Positions 1-8,080 of a stretch of 45,587 nt of DNA are shown in pieces (positions within the stretch are counted from its first letter, which is position 1; every line of letters starts with the position of its first letter). The DNA lies in the IMG/VR virus record IMGVR_UViG_3300024259_000058, positions 1 to 45,587 of that record; one strand, 5' to 3'. Below the pieces are notes generated by a model, which saw only the letters and a program-made list of their open reading frames with translations, was not told the origin of the DNA and did no database searches. Both the position numbers and the translations under genes were made by a program. Origin of the DNA: a virus. Its lineage: Duplodnaviria > Caudoviricetes.

Positions 1-207
1 TGGTAAATTACCTCTACCAATAACCAAACAATTATCTTGCTTTTCATAATACTTAAAATCTTTCTTCATTCCATAGCAAGCTCTCTTGTTTTTTCTTAAC
101 ATTACTTGATAGGTAGGATTTGGAAGGGTAAGTTTTTTCTTGATTGGTCTGGTTAAATTGGAAGGAAAATCATAAAGATACAGACGATCCGAGACAAGCA
201 CATTCAT
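1..207 (-). CDS. SF2 (DEAD/DEAH-like) helicase, N-terminal part, runs off window start
   Basis: Not in ORF track; my translation MNVLVSDRLYLYDFPSNLTRPIKKKLTLPNPTYQVMLRKNKRACYGMKKDFKYYEKQDNCLVIGRGNLP is open to base 1 and resembles phage SF2 helicase N-termini; a helicase C-terminus lies on the same strand at the window end. Confidence 0.65.
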   Translation of the reverse strand, partial: MNVLVSDRLYLYDFPSNLTRPIKKKLTLPNPTYQVMLRKNKRACYGMKKDFKYYEKQDNCLVIGRGNLP

Positions 208-208
208 A

Positions 209-460
209 TTATCTTAATACTTCTAATCCTCTAAAATAATGATTTTCAATACGATCTAATACTTTTTCAAAATACTCATTACGTTTCTTTAATTGCTTTA
301 AATCTTTCTCTAGTTTCTTTATTTTATCTTTCTCCGGTTTTTCAGCTGATTTAAGAGCATTTAGTGCTCCATCAATATTTCTCATTGAACCAACTACTCC
401 TCCATTAAGTTGTTGAGCCATAGCCCATTTGTAATAAACATCTTGTGGAATACCAATCAT
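209..460 (-). CDS. Hypothetical coiled-coil protein
   Basis: 83 aa ORF tightly packed in operon. Confidence 0.75.
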   Translation of the reverse strand: MIGIPQDVYYKWAMAQQLNGGVVGSMRNIDGALNALKSAEKPEKDKIKKLEKDLKQLKKRNEYFEKVLDRIENHYFRGLEVLR

Positions 461-471
461 AAATTTTATTT

Positions 472-720
472 TTAGTTAATTAAAGTTTTTTTAAATTCTT
501 TTAGTAAATCTACTCCTAAAATGTGTTTAATAATAAGATAGTTCTTAGCTCCAATAGACGCTAACAACGCTGCTTCATCTTTTCTACCCATTATTTGAAA
601 CAATGTAGGCAGCGGGATTTTAGTTCTCTTAGAAATATCTGCCCACTTTAAATCTTCATTTTCTTTTAAGTTTTTCCATACAGATAATGGATTGTTTTCA
701 TTTATTTCTGCTGCTGGCAT
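472..720 (-). CDS. XRE/Cro-like HTH regulator
   Basis: LKWADISKRTKIPLPTLFQI helix-turn-helix pattern; own promoter. Confidence 0.6.
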   Translation of the reverse strand: MPAAEINENNPLSVWKNLKENEDLKWADISKRTKIPLPTLFQIMGRKDEAALLASIGAKNYLIIKHILGVDLLKEFKKTLIN

Positions 721-756
721 AAATTATTTATTAACTATATTAAGTAAGATATATTT

Positions 757-785
757 ACTATAACATAGTAATTAAGATATGTCAA
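757..785 (-). promoter_or_regulatory. Sigma70 promoter
   Basis: TTGACA-17 bp-TATAGT with extended TG. Confidence 0.75.
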
Positions 786-1339
786 GTTACACTTTTACAA
801 GCTTGTTGGAAGTTACATCCGTCAAGCTCTTGAATTAAGTCTATACTATCTCCTCCTTGATTAGACCCAAAATCGTGCCAACGATTATCTTCATCGTAGA
901 TTTTACAACTAGGGGTTTTCTCATCTCTCAACTTAAAAAACTCACCAATAACTTCAATACCTCGTTGGGCTAATATATCCCTGATTGGGTATTGTTTTAT
1001 TCTGATGAGGTCAAAATCTTTCTTCTCAAAATTCTTCTTGGTGGTAAATGATAGCTGTTTTTTGATTTCTTGTATTTTCCCCCTGTATCTTTGCCTTTGC
1101 CATTGCACGAACCAACATTTTAGGGGCATTCCAGAGAGTATTCCATATTTATCATAAACTACCTCAAGAAGCCCCCTAAGATAACGCCTGTGGAGTTTTA
1201 TTTGTTGAATGATAGATATATCGAATATTTCCGTTAAAGACTGTCTATCTAATCGTGGGCTATTTTTTTTCCAGAGTCGATGCTCTTCTTTAGCCAAAGC
1301 ATTGAATTCTAATTCTTTAAACCAAATTTCATTTTTCAT
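782..1339 (-). CDS. Protein with C-terminal primase zinc-binding (CHC2)-like domain, metal ligands degenerate
   Basis: RDEKTPSCKIY...WHDFGSNQGGDSIDLIQELDGCNFQQA matches the CHC2 pattern but lacks the CPFH/CFGC ligands. Confidence 0.7.
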   Translation of the reverse strand: MKNEIWFKELEFNALAKEEHRLWKKNSPRLDRQSLTEIFDISIIQQIKLHRRYLRGLLEVVYDKYGILSGMPLKCWFVQWQRQRYRGKIQEIKKQLSFTTKKNFEKKDFDLIRIKQYPIRDILAQRGIEVIGEFFKLRDEKTPSCKIYDEDNRWHDFGSNQGGDSIDLIQELDGCNFQQACKSVT

Positions 1340-1988
1340 ATATTCGAATTTTAGTAGTTAATGCCTCTTCGATTGACCAATTATAATTATTTATTCTTCG
1401 GAGTAATGTTTCGTACTTTATGCCAACTTCCACAGCCCATTGTTTCATATTTTGAGTTTTACCTTTATATGTCATTAAATGATTAGTTCTTCTATTATTA
1501 GCCTGTTCTCTCATAGTAGCCCATCTACAGTTTTCTTTATAGTAACCTTTGTTGTTATTTATTCTGTCTAAAGTTAAGTCTTTTGGAACATTCCCCATAT
1601 CTTTATAGAAGCTTTCAAAACTTTCTAGCCATTCTTTACAGACTTTAATCCCTCTGCCACCATAGTTCTTGTAAGCGTGATCCTTTTTGTTGTGACATCG
1701 CATTTTCATAGAATTCCAAACTTCATAAATATTCGATCCTGACATACCATGCTTTGTCATTATTTTTTTTGTTCTTTTTGATGTTCTTTCTTTTTGGAGA
1801 CATCCACAAGATTGAATTGCACTAGCTCTTAAATGGCATAATTTAATCTTTTTTTGTTTCCCACAATCACATTGACATAAGAATCTTCTCCCTGGTTGGT
1901 TATTAGCGAAAATGAAGCTTTCAATCTCCTTGATGATTTTTAATCTCCCAAATCTCTCCCCTTTTTTAATGTTTAATCTCTCGGACAT
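1329..1988 (-). CDS. HNH-family homing endonuclease
   Basis: CQCDCG, HGMS, MKMRC, YGGRGIKVC, TLDRINNNKGYYKENCRWAT motifs; start moved to ATG at 1988 (tatATG context). Confidence 0.85.
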   Translation of the reverse strand: MSERLNIKKGERFGRLKIIKEIESFIFANNQPGRRFLCQCDCGKQKKIKLCHLRASAIQSCGCLQKERTSKRTKKIMTKHGMSGSNIYEVWNSMKMRCHNKKDHAYKNYGGRGIKVCKEWLESFESFYKDMGNVPKDLTLDRINNNKGYYKENCRWATMREQANNRRTNHLMTYKGKTQNMKQWAVEVGIKYETLLRRINNYNWSIEEALTTKIRIYEK

Positions 1989-1994
1989 ATACAT

Positions 1995-2071
1995 CTGACA
2001 ACACAAAACCCATCTGATAATAGCAACCGTCAGGAAAACTATTGAACAAATGGGTTTTGTGTCTGACGGTT
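1995..2071 (-). ncRNA. Structured leader RNA: long hairpin whose loop is complementary to flanking sequences
   Basis: 13 bp perfect stem 2001-2013/2050-2062; loop segment 2025-2033 complementary to 2063-2071. Confidence 0.5.
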
Positions 2072-2086
2072 AATTAAGTTATCTTT

Positions 2087-2115
2087 ATTATATCATAATA
2101 TCTTGTGTTTGTCAA
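2087..2115 (-). promoter_or_regulatory. Sigma70 promoter
   Basis: TTGACA-17 bp-TATAAT perfect consensus with TG. Confidence 0.85.
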
Positions 2116-2137
2116 TCCATAGTAGTGTTGTTTCATA

Positions 2138-3508
2138 TTATAAAAAACTTACTTGTTCAACATCGATTTCTTTCTCTTCTGTCTCTTTAAGAAGATTATC
2201 AAAATCTGTAATTAGCCTGATATTTTTACCTCGTTTGGTTCTATCATCAACTCTACCTGTTTTTGATTTTACTCCATAAACATTTTGAGCAATATCTCTA
2301 GCAAAATTATGACTAGCAAGTGCTTTTTTACCATTAGCTTCACACCAACTACGATATTGAGAATACATTTCTTCATTGGAAATGAAAGCATCGTCATCAA
2401 CTTCATAATTTTCTCTAACAAAACGGATAGCACTGGATATTTCACTTTCAAATTCAATCATTGATTCAGTAGATGCCTCGGCAGTAGAAAAAGTATAGTT
2501 ATGATTAACAAATCTTTTCGCCCCTTCAACTGCCCAAGCAATAATGCCTGGAATTTCTTTAGATAATTTTTCAGGAAGAAAATGATCTATATCTTCTTTG
2601 GTAAATTTCCTTAAAAAGGGTATAATCTTAATTCTTCTTTTCAAACCATAGTCTAATTTATCAAATGTAGGTAAATAATTGGAAGCAAAGATATATTTTG
2701 TTGTTGGTTCAAATTCAAATTGTTCACCAAACTTTCTTTCTGCTCCAATCATATCTCCGGTGACAAGAGCTTTAAATTTTGCAGGATTCATAAATTTACT
2801 CTCTTCCTCAGAGGGAATATTGATTTTCTTGCCTATTAAATGAGAGGTAGCAAAATTATTTGTAGTTAATGTCTGAATACTCATTGAACTACAGAATTGC
2901 TTTGTAAAGATTTCCTTTAATAATTGAGTCATAACAGACTTACCGTTAGAACCACCGCCGACTAAGAAGAAAGATGCTGCTCCCTTCATATTACCTAATA
3001 AGAAGAAACCAAACATTTCTTGTACTAAACTAATTAATTCTTTGTCAGGAATAAACTCTTTTGTTTTTTTATCCATCTTAACAATAGAAGTATTTAAAAA
3101 GTTAAGAAATTTTGGAGTCTCCATGCTTAAATCTTTGTGATAATAAGGTAAATAGAACGTTGAAATCTTATCACAACTTATTTCTTCCGGTTGAAAATTA
3201 ACTAAATTTAATATTTTATCTTTTAAGGATAAATAGTGTTGATCTTCCCGCTCCACTGTACGCAGACAAGCCCATTTAACTTGAGCAACAATATCTTGGA
3301 CTAATTGCCTAGTAACATTCTTGCTTGGGAATTTAGCTTTGATAAAGTTCCAAGCTAACTTTTGCATCTCATGAGATGAAACAGGCTTATACCAAGTCCC
3401 TTGCCATAAATAAAACAAATCATATCCAATGTGATACATCAGATTCTTTTTGTAGTCATTTGATATAACAAATTCTTCTGCAATATCTTGATTATGGATG
3501 GCTGGCAT
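2138..3508 (-). CDS. P4/D5-family SF3 helicase (D5_N + SF3 ATPase + winged helix), no primase domain
   Basis: Walker A GGGSNGKS, Walker B INIPSEE, FKALVTGD..GAERKF, IFASN, RRIKIIPF, C-terminal YRSWCEANG. Confidence 0.9.
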   Translation of the reverse strand: MPAIHNQDIAEEFVISNDYKKNLMYHIGYDLFYLWQGTWYKPVSSHEMQKLAWNFIKAKFPSKNVTRQLVQDIVAQVKWACLRTVEREDQHYLSLKDKILNLVNFQPEEISCDKISTFYLPYYHKDLSMETPKFLNFLNTSIVKMDKKTKEFIPDKELISLVQEMFGFFLLGNMKGAASFFLVGGGSNGKSVMTQLLKEIFTKQFCSSMSIQTLTTNNFATSHLIGKKINIPSEEESKFMNPAKFKALVTGDMIGAERKFGEQFEFEPTTKYIFASNYLPTFDKLDYGLKRRIKIIPFLRKFTKEDIDHFLPEKLSKEIPGIIAWAVEGAKRFVNHNYTFSTAEASTESMIEFESEISSAIRFVRENYEVDDDAFISNEEMYSQYRSWCEANGKKALASHNFARDIAQNVYGVKSKTGRVDDRTKRGKNIRLITDFDNLLKETEEKEIDVEQVSFL

Positions 3509-3818
3509 AAATTTCCTCCTTAATGTGTTTAGCTTTTATATAAAAATCAATATAAATTTCCATTACTTCATCAAAAGTATATTTATAATATGTAGTTAAA
3601 AAATCAGTATCAAAGATGATGGTAATTACCTTGCTACTTACAACGGTATCAAAACACGCCTCTATTCTGTAGCTATTTTCTAATGATACTTCCCGAAAGT
3701 AAAATTCAAGAGTTCTAAGTCTTTCCTGATTAGTAAAAGCTATAATATCTTCAATACTAATAGGCACATCTGTAAAATACTGAAGCATTTGAGTTTTTAA
3801 TAGTTCTTTGTGTTTCAT
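3492..3818 (-). CDS. Hypothetical protein coupled to helicase
   Basis: 108 aa ORF overlapping helicase start. Confidence 0.7.
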   Translation of the reverse strand: MKHKELLKTQMLQYFTDVPISIEDIIAFTNQERLRTLEFYFREVSLENSYRIEACFDTVVSSKVITIIFDTDFLTTYYKYTFDEVMEIYIDFYIKAKHIKEEIYASHP

Positions 3819-3826
3819 ATTATTTT

Positions 3827-3925
3827 ACTCACAAATAAAAAACTCTTGTTTAAGCTGTAAAGGGCAACAACACCCATAGGCTTTCGCCTACTTAAACAAG
3901 AGTTTCCTAATTGTGAGTTTGTTGG
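3827..3925 (-). ncRNA. Three-way-junction leader RNA (C4 antisense-like architecture)
   Basis: 15 bp stem 3840-3854/3891-3905, outer 8 bp stem 3827-3834/3911-3918, inner TAGGC-GAAA-GCCTA hairpin and GGGTG-TTGT-TGCCC hairpin, U-run after stem. Confidence 0.55.
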
Positions 3926-3965
3926 TTTATACATAAAACTATATGAAAAAAAACTTTATAAATTA

Positions 3966-4010
3966 ATATTAACACATTTTAGGGGGTGAGTCAATGGGGA
4001 GTTATTCACA
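3966..4010 (-). promoter_or_regulatory. Sigma70 promoter with upstream DnaA-like box
   Basis: TTGACT-17 bp-TAATAT with TG; TTATTCACA at 4002-4010. Confidence 0.65.
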
Positions 4011-4527
4011 GTTTGATGTCGCTTTCAATTTCGTTCCCCCAGACATCCCAACCTTTTGTTTTTTCTCTGGCAAAAAGTTCTATCTTATTTTGCTCTGGAA
4101 ACATTAGTTGTATTCGTTTTCTTATTTCGTTTGGTTTCTTAGAATGTTGAGTAGCTTTTTGCGATAAAAATTGTTTTGCATTTCTTATCCCCCTTGGTTG
4201 AGGTATTTTCCCTTTTTTAAAAATTAAGCACTGTTCTGTCTGTGCCATAGTATAATATCCACAAAGTGTTCTGTTCGGTTTATGCCATACAAAACCAACA
4301 CCAACATAATTAAATCCCCATTCTTTCGCTAACCAAATACAAGTTTCTAATTTTTGATTAACTACCCACATGAATAACAAACAATTATCATCTGTTACTT
4401 TTCTAATATTTAACTCTACCAACTCTGGGAATGTCATTGTTTTATAGTAATTTCTTGCATTTCCTAACTTTGTTATACTTCCATACTCCCATGGCGGGTC
4501 TGCATATATTATTTGATATTTCTTCAT
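4006..4527 (-). CDS. MT-A70 family N6-adenine methyltransferase
   Basis: IIYADPPW, LFMW, TEQCL, HSKKP, KIELFAR, GWDVWGNE. Confidence 0.92.
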   Translation of the reverse strand: MKKYQIIYADPPWEYGSITKLGNARNYYKTMTFPELVELNIRKVTDDNCLLFMWVVNQKLETCIWLAKEWGFNYVGVGFVWHKPNRTLCGYYTMAQTEQCLIFKKGKIPQPRGIRNAKQFLSQKATQHSKKPNEIRKRIQLMFPEQNKIELFAREKTKGWDVWGNEIESDIKL

Positions 4528-5300
4528 AAAATTGATACCTCCTCAATCTTTCCGATAGGAATACTATCTTCCCACTTAACATTGGTTGGTTCCCAGGTTT
4601 TCCTGGTCTTTATTTCGTGGAGGATGTCCATTATTGATTCTTTTTCTCCCTCTATGCGTTCTTGGTCTAAGATAAAGGTCTGCACTTTGAAGATTTCTTT
4701 GTTATCTTTCTCGATTGTTAAATGCCGGGATTCAAAACCTTGAATATCAGGGTATTTAGCCTTCAGTAAGAGCTGATAACACGCCTGGCTTAAAAAATAT
4801 CCTAAATCAAGAGCCTGAAAATTATACTTATAAGGATTTATGGTCTTAGCTGTCTTTAAATCGACTATAATGCAAGTTTTAGTGTCTTTATTGTAGAAAT
4901 ACCAGTCAGCAATTCCTGCCAAGCCTAGTTTATCGCACGATAATATCTCTTGGGCGGTATAATCCTTCAAATCTTTAAAGGCTTGTTGCGTTTCTATCCG
5001 TTCACAGAGCTTTACCACCATATTATACTCAGACATAGTAAGCTCTACGTATTTTTCTGGTGGGTTTTTAAGATTACGCCTAGTTACGGCTATATATTTT
5101 TTTTTAAAAGAATTTTGTGATACAGTCAACCACTCATCAACAGCCGAACCAATAATCATCGCACGAGTAGGCTCTTCTTTAATGATACCTTTAATATGTT
5201 TTTGCCAAAAATAATAATGGTCAAGTTTATAGTCTTTTATTCTACTTGCTGTAACAAATTTGTTCTCAGGAGTAAAATAGTTTTTAGTTGTTAGTTTCAT
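4524..5300 (-). CDS. PD-(D/E)XK exonuclease (RecE/DUF3799-like)
   Basis: PTRAMIIGSAVD, GIADW, IVDLKT, GYFLSQACY. Confidence 0.85.
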   Translation of the reverse strand: MKLTTKNYFTPENKFVTASRIKDYKLDHYYFWQKHIKGIIKEEPTRAMIIGSAVDEWLTVSQNSFKKKYIAVTRRNLKNPPEKYVELTMSEYNMVVKLCERIETQQAFKDLKDYTAQEILSCDKLGLAGIADWYFYNKDTKTCIIVDLKTAKTINPYKYNFQALDLGYFLSQACYQLLLKAKYPDIQGFESRHLTIEKDNKEIFKVQTFILDQERIEGEKESIMDILHEIKTRKTWEPTNVKWEDSIPIGKIEEVSIL

Positions 5301-5304
5301 ATAA

Positions 5305-5661
5305 TTAATTGTTAAAAGTTGCTGTCCCTATCAATGTAGAATCTATGCTATCTCCATATTCATTTTTACTCTCTATCAAAGCCTTTAAGATGGCTGAGTA
5401 ATTTACTAGGTCTAAGAGAGTATCTTCTACAGTTTCATCCTTAACGGCGTTTGGTTTATCTAAAAGGTTATCGATCCTTGATATTTTATCCAATATCCGG
5501 ACAAGGAGAGCTTTCTCCGGGGAAAGATTAATAGTCCCGGCAGAACGGAAATTCTTAAAGGGGTCTGTGTCAGCTCCATAGTCAGAATTTTTAATCTTTA
5601 TAAGAGCCAGTCCATCTTCGTAGGTTTTTTCAATTGATTTAAAGAATTGTTGTTGATTCAT
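5305..5661 (-). CDS. Nucleotide modification-associated domain (DUF1599-like)
   Basis: KNSDYG, PFKNF, VRILDKISRI, DETVEDTLLDLVNYSAI. Confidence 0.8.
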   Translation of the reverse strand: MNQQQFFKSIEKTYEDGLALIKIKNSDYGADTDPFKNFRSAGTINLSPEKALLVRILDKISRIDNLLDKPNAVKDETVEDTLLDLVNYSAILKALIESKNEYGDSIDSTLIGTATFNN

Positions 5662-5662
5662 A

Positions 5663-6082
5663 TTATTTAAAGATGACTAACATACTTGGAAATGGGGCAG
5701 AGTTCTTTGCACCACCAAACTTTAGCCTACCTTTGATAAATTTAATTTCTACATAAGGTTTTTTATAAATATAATCATGAAACCATCTTGTGTCTGTTCT
5801 TGCTGGGAGTAAGGCTACTACAATTCCATTTCTTTTTGTGGCTGCTTTCTTAATCCATTTACCAATCTCTCTGCCATAAGGGGGATTCATCCAAAATCTT
5901 TCCAAATTCCAATCTTTTGTTAAAGCATTGTTTTCTTTCGTCCAAAATCTTTTACATTTAGCATTTTCTTTTGTGGCACAAACATCAAAAGTAAAATTAA
6001 ACTCTTTATTTAATTCATCGAAGAAATCTTGGGGTGTTTCCCATTCTCCAGTATTTGATGTAAATAATCCTTTGTTAATCAT
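5663..6082 (-). CDS. dam: Phage DNA N6-adenine methyltransferase (Dam-like)
   Basis: WETPQDFF, FTFDVCA, WMNPPYGR, LLPARTDTRWFHDY, GRLKFG, APFPS. Confidence 0.92.
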   Translation of the reverse strand: MINKGLFTSNTGEWETPQDFFDELNKEFNFTFDVCATKENAKCKRFWTKENNALTKDWNLERFWMNPPYGREIGKWIKKAATKRNGIVVALLPARTDTRWFHDYIYKKPYVEIKFIKGRLKFGGAKNSAPFPSMLVIFK

Positions 6083-6083
6083 A

Positions 6084-6299
6084 TTATTTCTTCTTAGTTA
6101 ATTGTTTAAGTTTGTCGATCTCTGTGGCGATGGCTTGGTCAACTTGATCGCTGAGTAGACTGTAGGACGTGCTGGCTTTTTCGTCGTCCTGTAACTCCGC
6201 AGTCATACCAACTGTTATCTTTCTAAAGTTGTCCCTGCCAAGTAAGCCGGTTACTTCGATTGTACGAGACTTCTGGCAGAATAGTTCTTTTATTTTCAT
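6084..6299 (-). CDS. Hypothetical protein
   Basis: 71 aa ORF in operon. Confidence 0.7.
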   Translation of the reverse strand: MKIKELFCQKSRTIEVTGLLGRDNFRKITVGMTAELQDDEKASTSYSLLSDQVDQAIATEIDKLKQLTKKK

Positions 6300-6306
6300 A
6301 GAGTTT

Positions 6307-6339
6307 ATATTATCGGAAAGGTCGGTTTTCCAATAATAT
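6307..6339 (-). terminator. Hairpin downstream of ssb (terminator or processing site)
   Basis: ATATTATTGGAAA/TTTCCGATAATAT stem with one G-U on the minus strand. Confidence 0.4.
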
Positions 6340-6350
6340 GGTTATTTATA

Positions 6351-6761
6351 TTATCCAAAAGGCACTTCAGCGTTATCTGGGTCTTGTGGTTCTTCGGCTA
6401 TGGCGTGAGTCATATCCATTTCCCCTAGATAAACCTTAATGGTTTTAGCTGGAGCCATTCCTTTCTTTTTGTTCTCGTCTGTTTGGAAGTCTGAATCGTA
6501 CTTGAAGCCTACAATCTGTCCGATGCTGGCATTCTTCATTGCGTTAATAACGAATGGTTTGTTGACTGAAAAACCAACGTTCATCATTCCATTGTCAGTT
6601 TTCAATGTATAAACTTTTTGAGCTGGGAAATTTCCTTGCGCGGGTTTTTCGGAGACATCTGTTAAAATTCCTTTAATAGTGTCACCAATCTTGGTAAACT
6701 TTGCCCAGCCTACCTTTGCCTCGTTCTCTTCTGAGAAAAAGTCGTCTTTTGTTTGTGTCAT
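6351..6761 (-). CDS. Single-stranded DNA-binding protein (OB fold)
   Basis: KFTKIGDTIKG beta-rich core; acidic tail ending DPDNAEVPFG. Confidence 0.75.
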   Translation of the reverse strand: MTQTKDDFFSEENEAKVGWAKFTKIGDTIKGILTDVSEKPAQGNFPAQKVYTLKTDNGMMNVGFSVNKPFVINAMKNASIGQIVGFKYDSDFQTDENKKKGMAPAKTIKVYLGEMDMTHAIAEEPQDPDNAEVPFG

Positions 6762-6794
6762 AGATTTAATTTTTTAGTTATTTATTTATTTATA

Positions 6795-7022
6795 TTATTC
6801 TTCCGAGCCGACCTCTCGGTTAAATATTGCTTTTTTAATATTTAGGTATTGCCAAGGATTAAACCCGGAAGCATCATAGATAGCCTGAATAACGCGTATA
6901 GTTACATTCTGATTAGGGTCAATACTAATCTTGTTAAGCGTTCTAAGATGTATTCCTGATGCTTTAGCAAGGGCAGTTAAAGTTGTCTTGTTCTTTTCAC
7001 ACAGTTTTGCTAGTGATTTCAT
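6795..7022 (-). CDS. XRE-family HTH regulator
   Basis: TLTALAKASGIHLRTLNKIS...NVTIRVIQAI. Confidence 0.75.
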   Translation of the reverse strand: MKSLAKLCEKNKTTLTALAKASGIHLRTLNKISIDPNQNVTIRVIQAIYDASGFNPWQYLNIKKAIFNREVGSEE

Positions 7023-7026
7023 ATAT

Positions 7027-7245
7027 TTATTCTTTTAATTTAAGATTAGTTGCTTTAGCTATTTTTATAAATCCAATTCTTTCCATAGTTACCTTAGAGA
7101 TTGTAGCTAGTGCCAAAATATCTTTTGATTTTTGATTGTCATCTTCTTTCCTTAATTCTTCAGCATTAACTATAATCTCGTCAAGATATTCTTCAAGCTT
7201 TTCTTGGTATTCCTCTAGCTTGTCTATTTGTTTTAACAAATTCAT
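7027..7245 (-). CDS. Hypothetical protein
   Basis: 72 aa ORF in operon. Confidence 0.65.
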   Translation of the reverse strand: MNLLKQIDKLEEYQEKLEEYLDEIIVNAEELRKEDDNQKSKDILALATISKVTMERIGFIKIAKATNLKLKE

Positions 7246-7249
7246 ATGT

Positions 7250-7444
7250 TTATTCTTTAATTAAGTTAGTTTCAGGTTCTTGGTCTGCTCTTGACGAGAA
7301 CTCTGCGTGTGGTTGTATTGTTTGGCAATTATTATTTATAATAATGCTTATTGCTATCAAAATTAATAAACTTATTATTACAATATTTACAAGTGTATCA
7401 TCTGTTTTTAATTTATAATCCATAATAATTATTTCTTTTTTCAT
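7250..7444 (-). CDS. Small membrane protein
   Basis: One TM segment; ATG at 7444 overlaps upstream stop (ATGA). Confidence 0.6.
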   Translation of the reverse strand: MKKEIIIMDYKLKTDDTLVNIVIISLLILIAISIIINNNCQTIQPHAEFSSRADQEPETNLIKE

Positions 7445-7530
7445 ACTTGTCCTTTCCAAATATCTTCAAGCCATTTCTCCATATTCTTTCGGAAAAAATA
7501 AACTCGAAGTTTTTTAATTAGCTTTAGCAT
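7441..7530 (-). CDS. Small hypothetical protein (29 aa)
   Basis: My translation MLKLIKKLRVYFFRKNMEKWLEDIWKGQV; fills operon gap exactly. Confidence 0.45.
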   Translation of the reverse strand: MLKLIKKLRVYFFRKNMEKWLEDIWKGQV

Positions 7531-7531
7531 A

Positions 7532-7657
7532 TTAGTTACCTTTTAATTTATCTTCTTTTAGTTTCCAATAGCGATATTCTTTTAATAATTCTCTACGCTC
7601 ATCTCTAATAGCTTTTAATTCCCTTCTTATATTTTTTAATTCTTCTTTTTTCTCCAT
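7532..7657 (-). CDS. Small hypothetical protein (41 aa)
   Basis: My translation MEKKEELKNIRRELKAIRDERRELLKEYRYWKLKEDKLKGN. Confidence 0.5.
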   Translation of the reverse strand: MEKKEELKNIRRELKAIRDERRELLKEYRYWKLKEDKLKGN

Positions 7658-7669
7658 ACTTATATTGTT

Positions 7670-7927
7670 TTAGTTAGTTAGATTTTTGATTATTTTAACT
7701 TTATCTTTCATAAGCCCTAACCAGTTTTCAAAATCTGTTTTATCTTTAAATACAACTACCGAGCATCCCATATAATCTTTAATTTGGACTATTACTACAT
7801 AATGAAATTTTGGATAAATATCAACCTGATGAGCATAATGAACATTCCCATAAGGCTCTTTTATATCTATATATGTTCCCTCTGAATTTTTTATTCTTAT
7901 TTGTTGTCCATTTAGTTTTAAGTCCAT
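7670..7927 (-). CDS. Hypothetical protein
   Basis: 85 aa ORF in operon. Confidence 0.65.
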   Translation of the reverse strand: MDLKLNGQQIRIKNSEGTYIDIKEPYGNVHYAHQVDIYPKFHYVVIVQIKDYMGCSVVVFKDKTDFENWLGLMKDKVKIIKNLTN

Positions 7928-7957
7928 ATAATTTTATTCCCTTGAGTGGGGGTTAGG

Positions 7958-8080
7958 TTAAGTTATTTTCTCAGCGATTTCATCGGCGATTTTTTTATAA
8001 GGTTTTAACTCTTCTTTAAATGCTCTCCTTATCTCCTTTTTAATGCGTTTTCGTATAAGCTGTAGCTGTTCTGTTGTCAT
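7958..8080 (-). CDS. Small hypothetical protein (40 aa)
   Basis: My translation MTTEQLQLIRKRIKKEIRRAFKEELKPYKKIADEIAEKIT; ATGA overlap with upstream gene. Confidence 0.5.
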   Translation of the reverse strand: MTTEQLQLIRKRIKKEIRRAFKEELKPYKKIADEIAEKIT

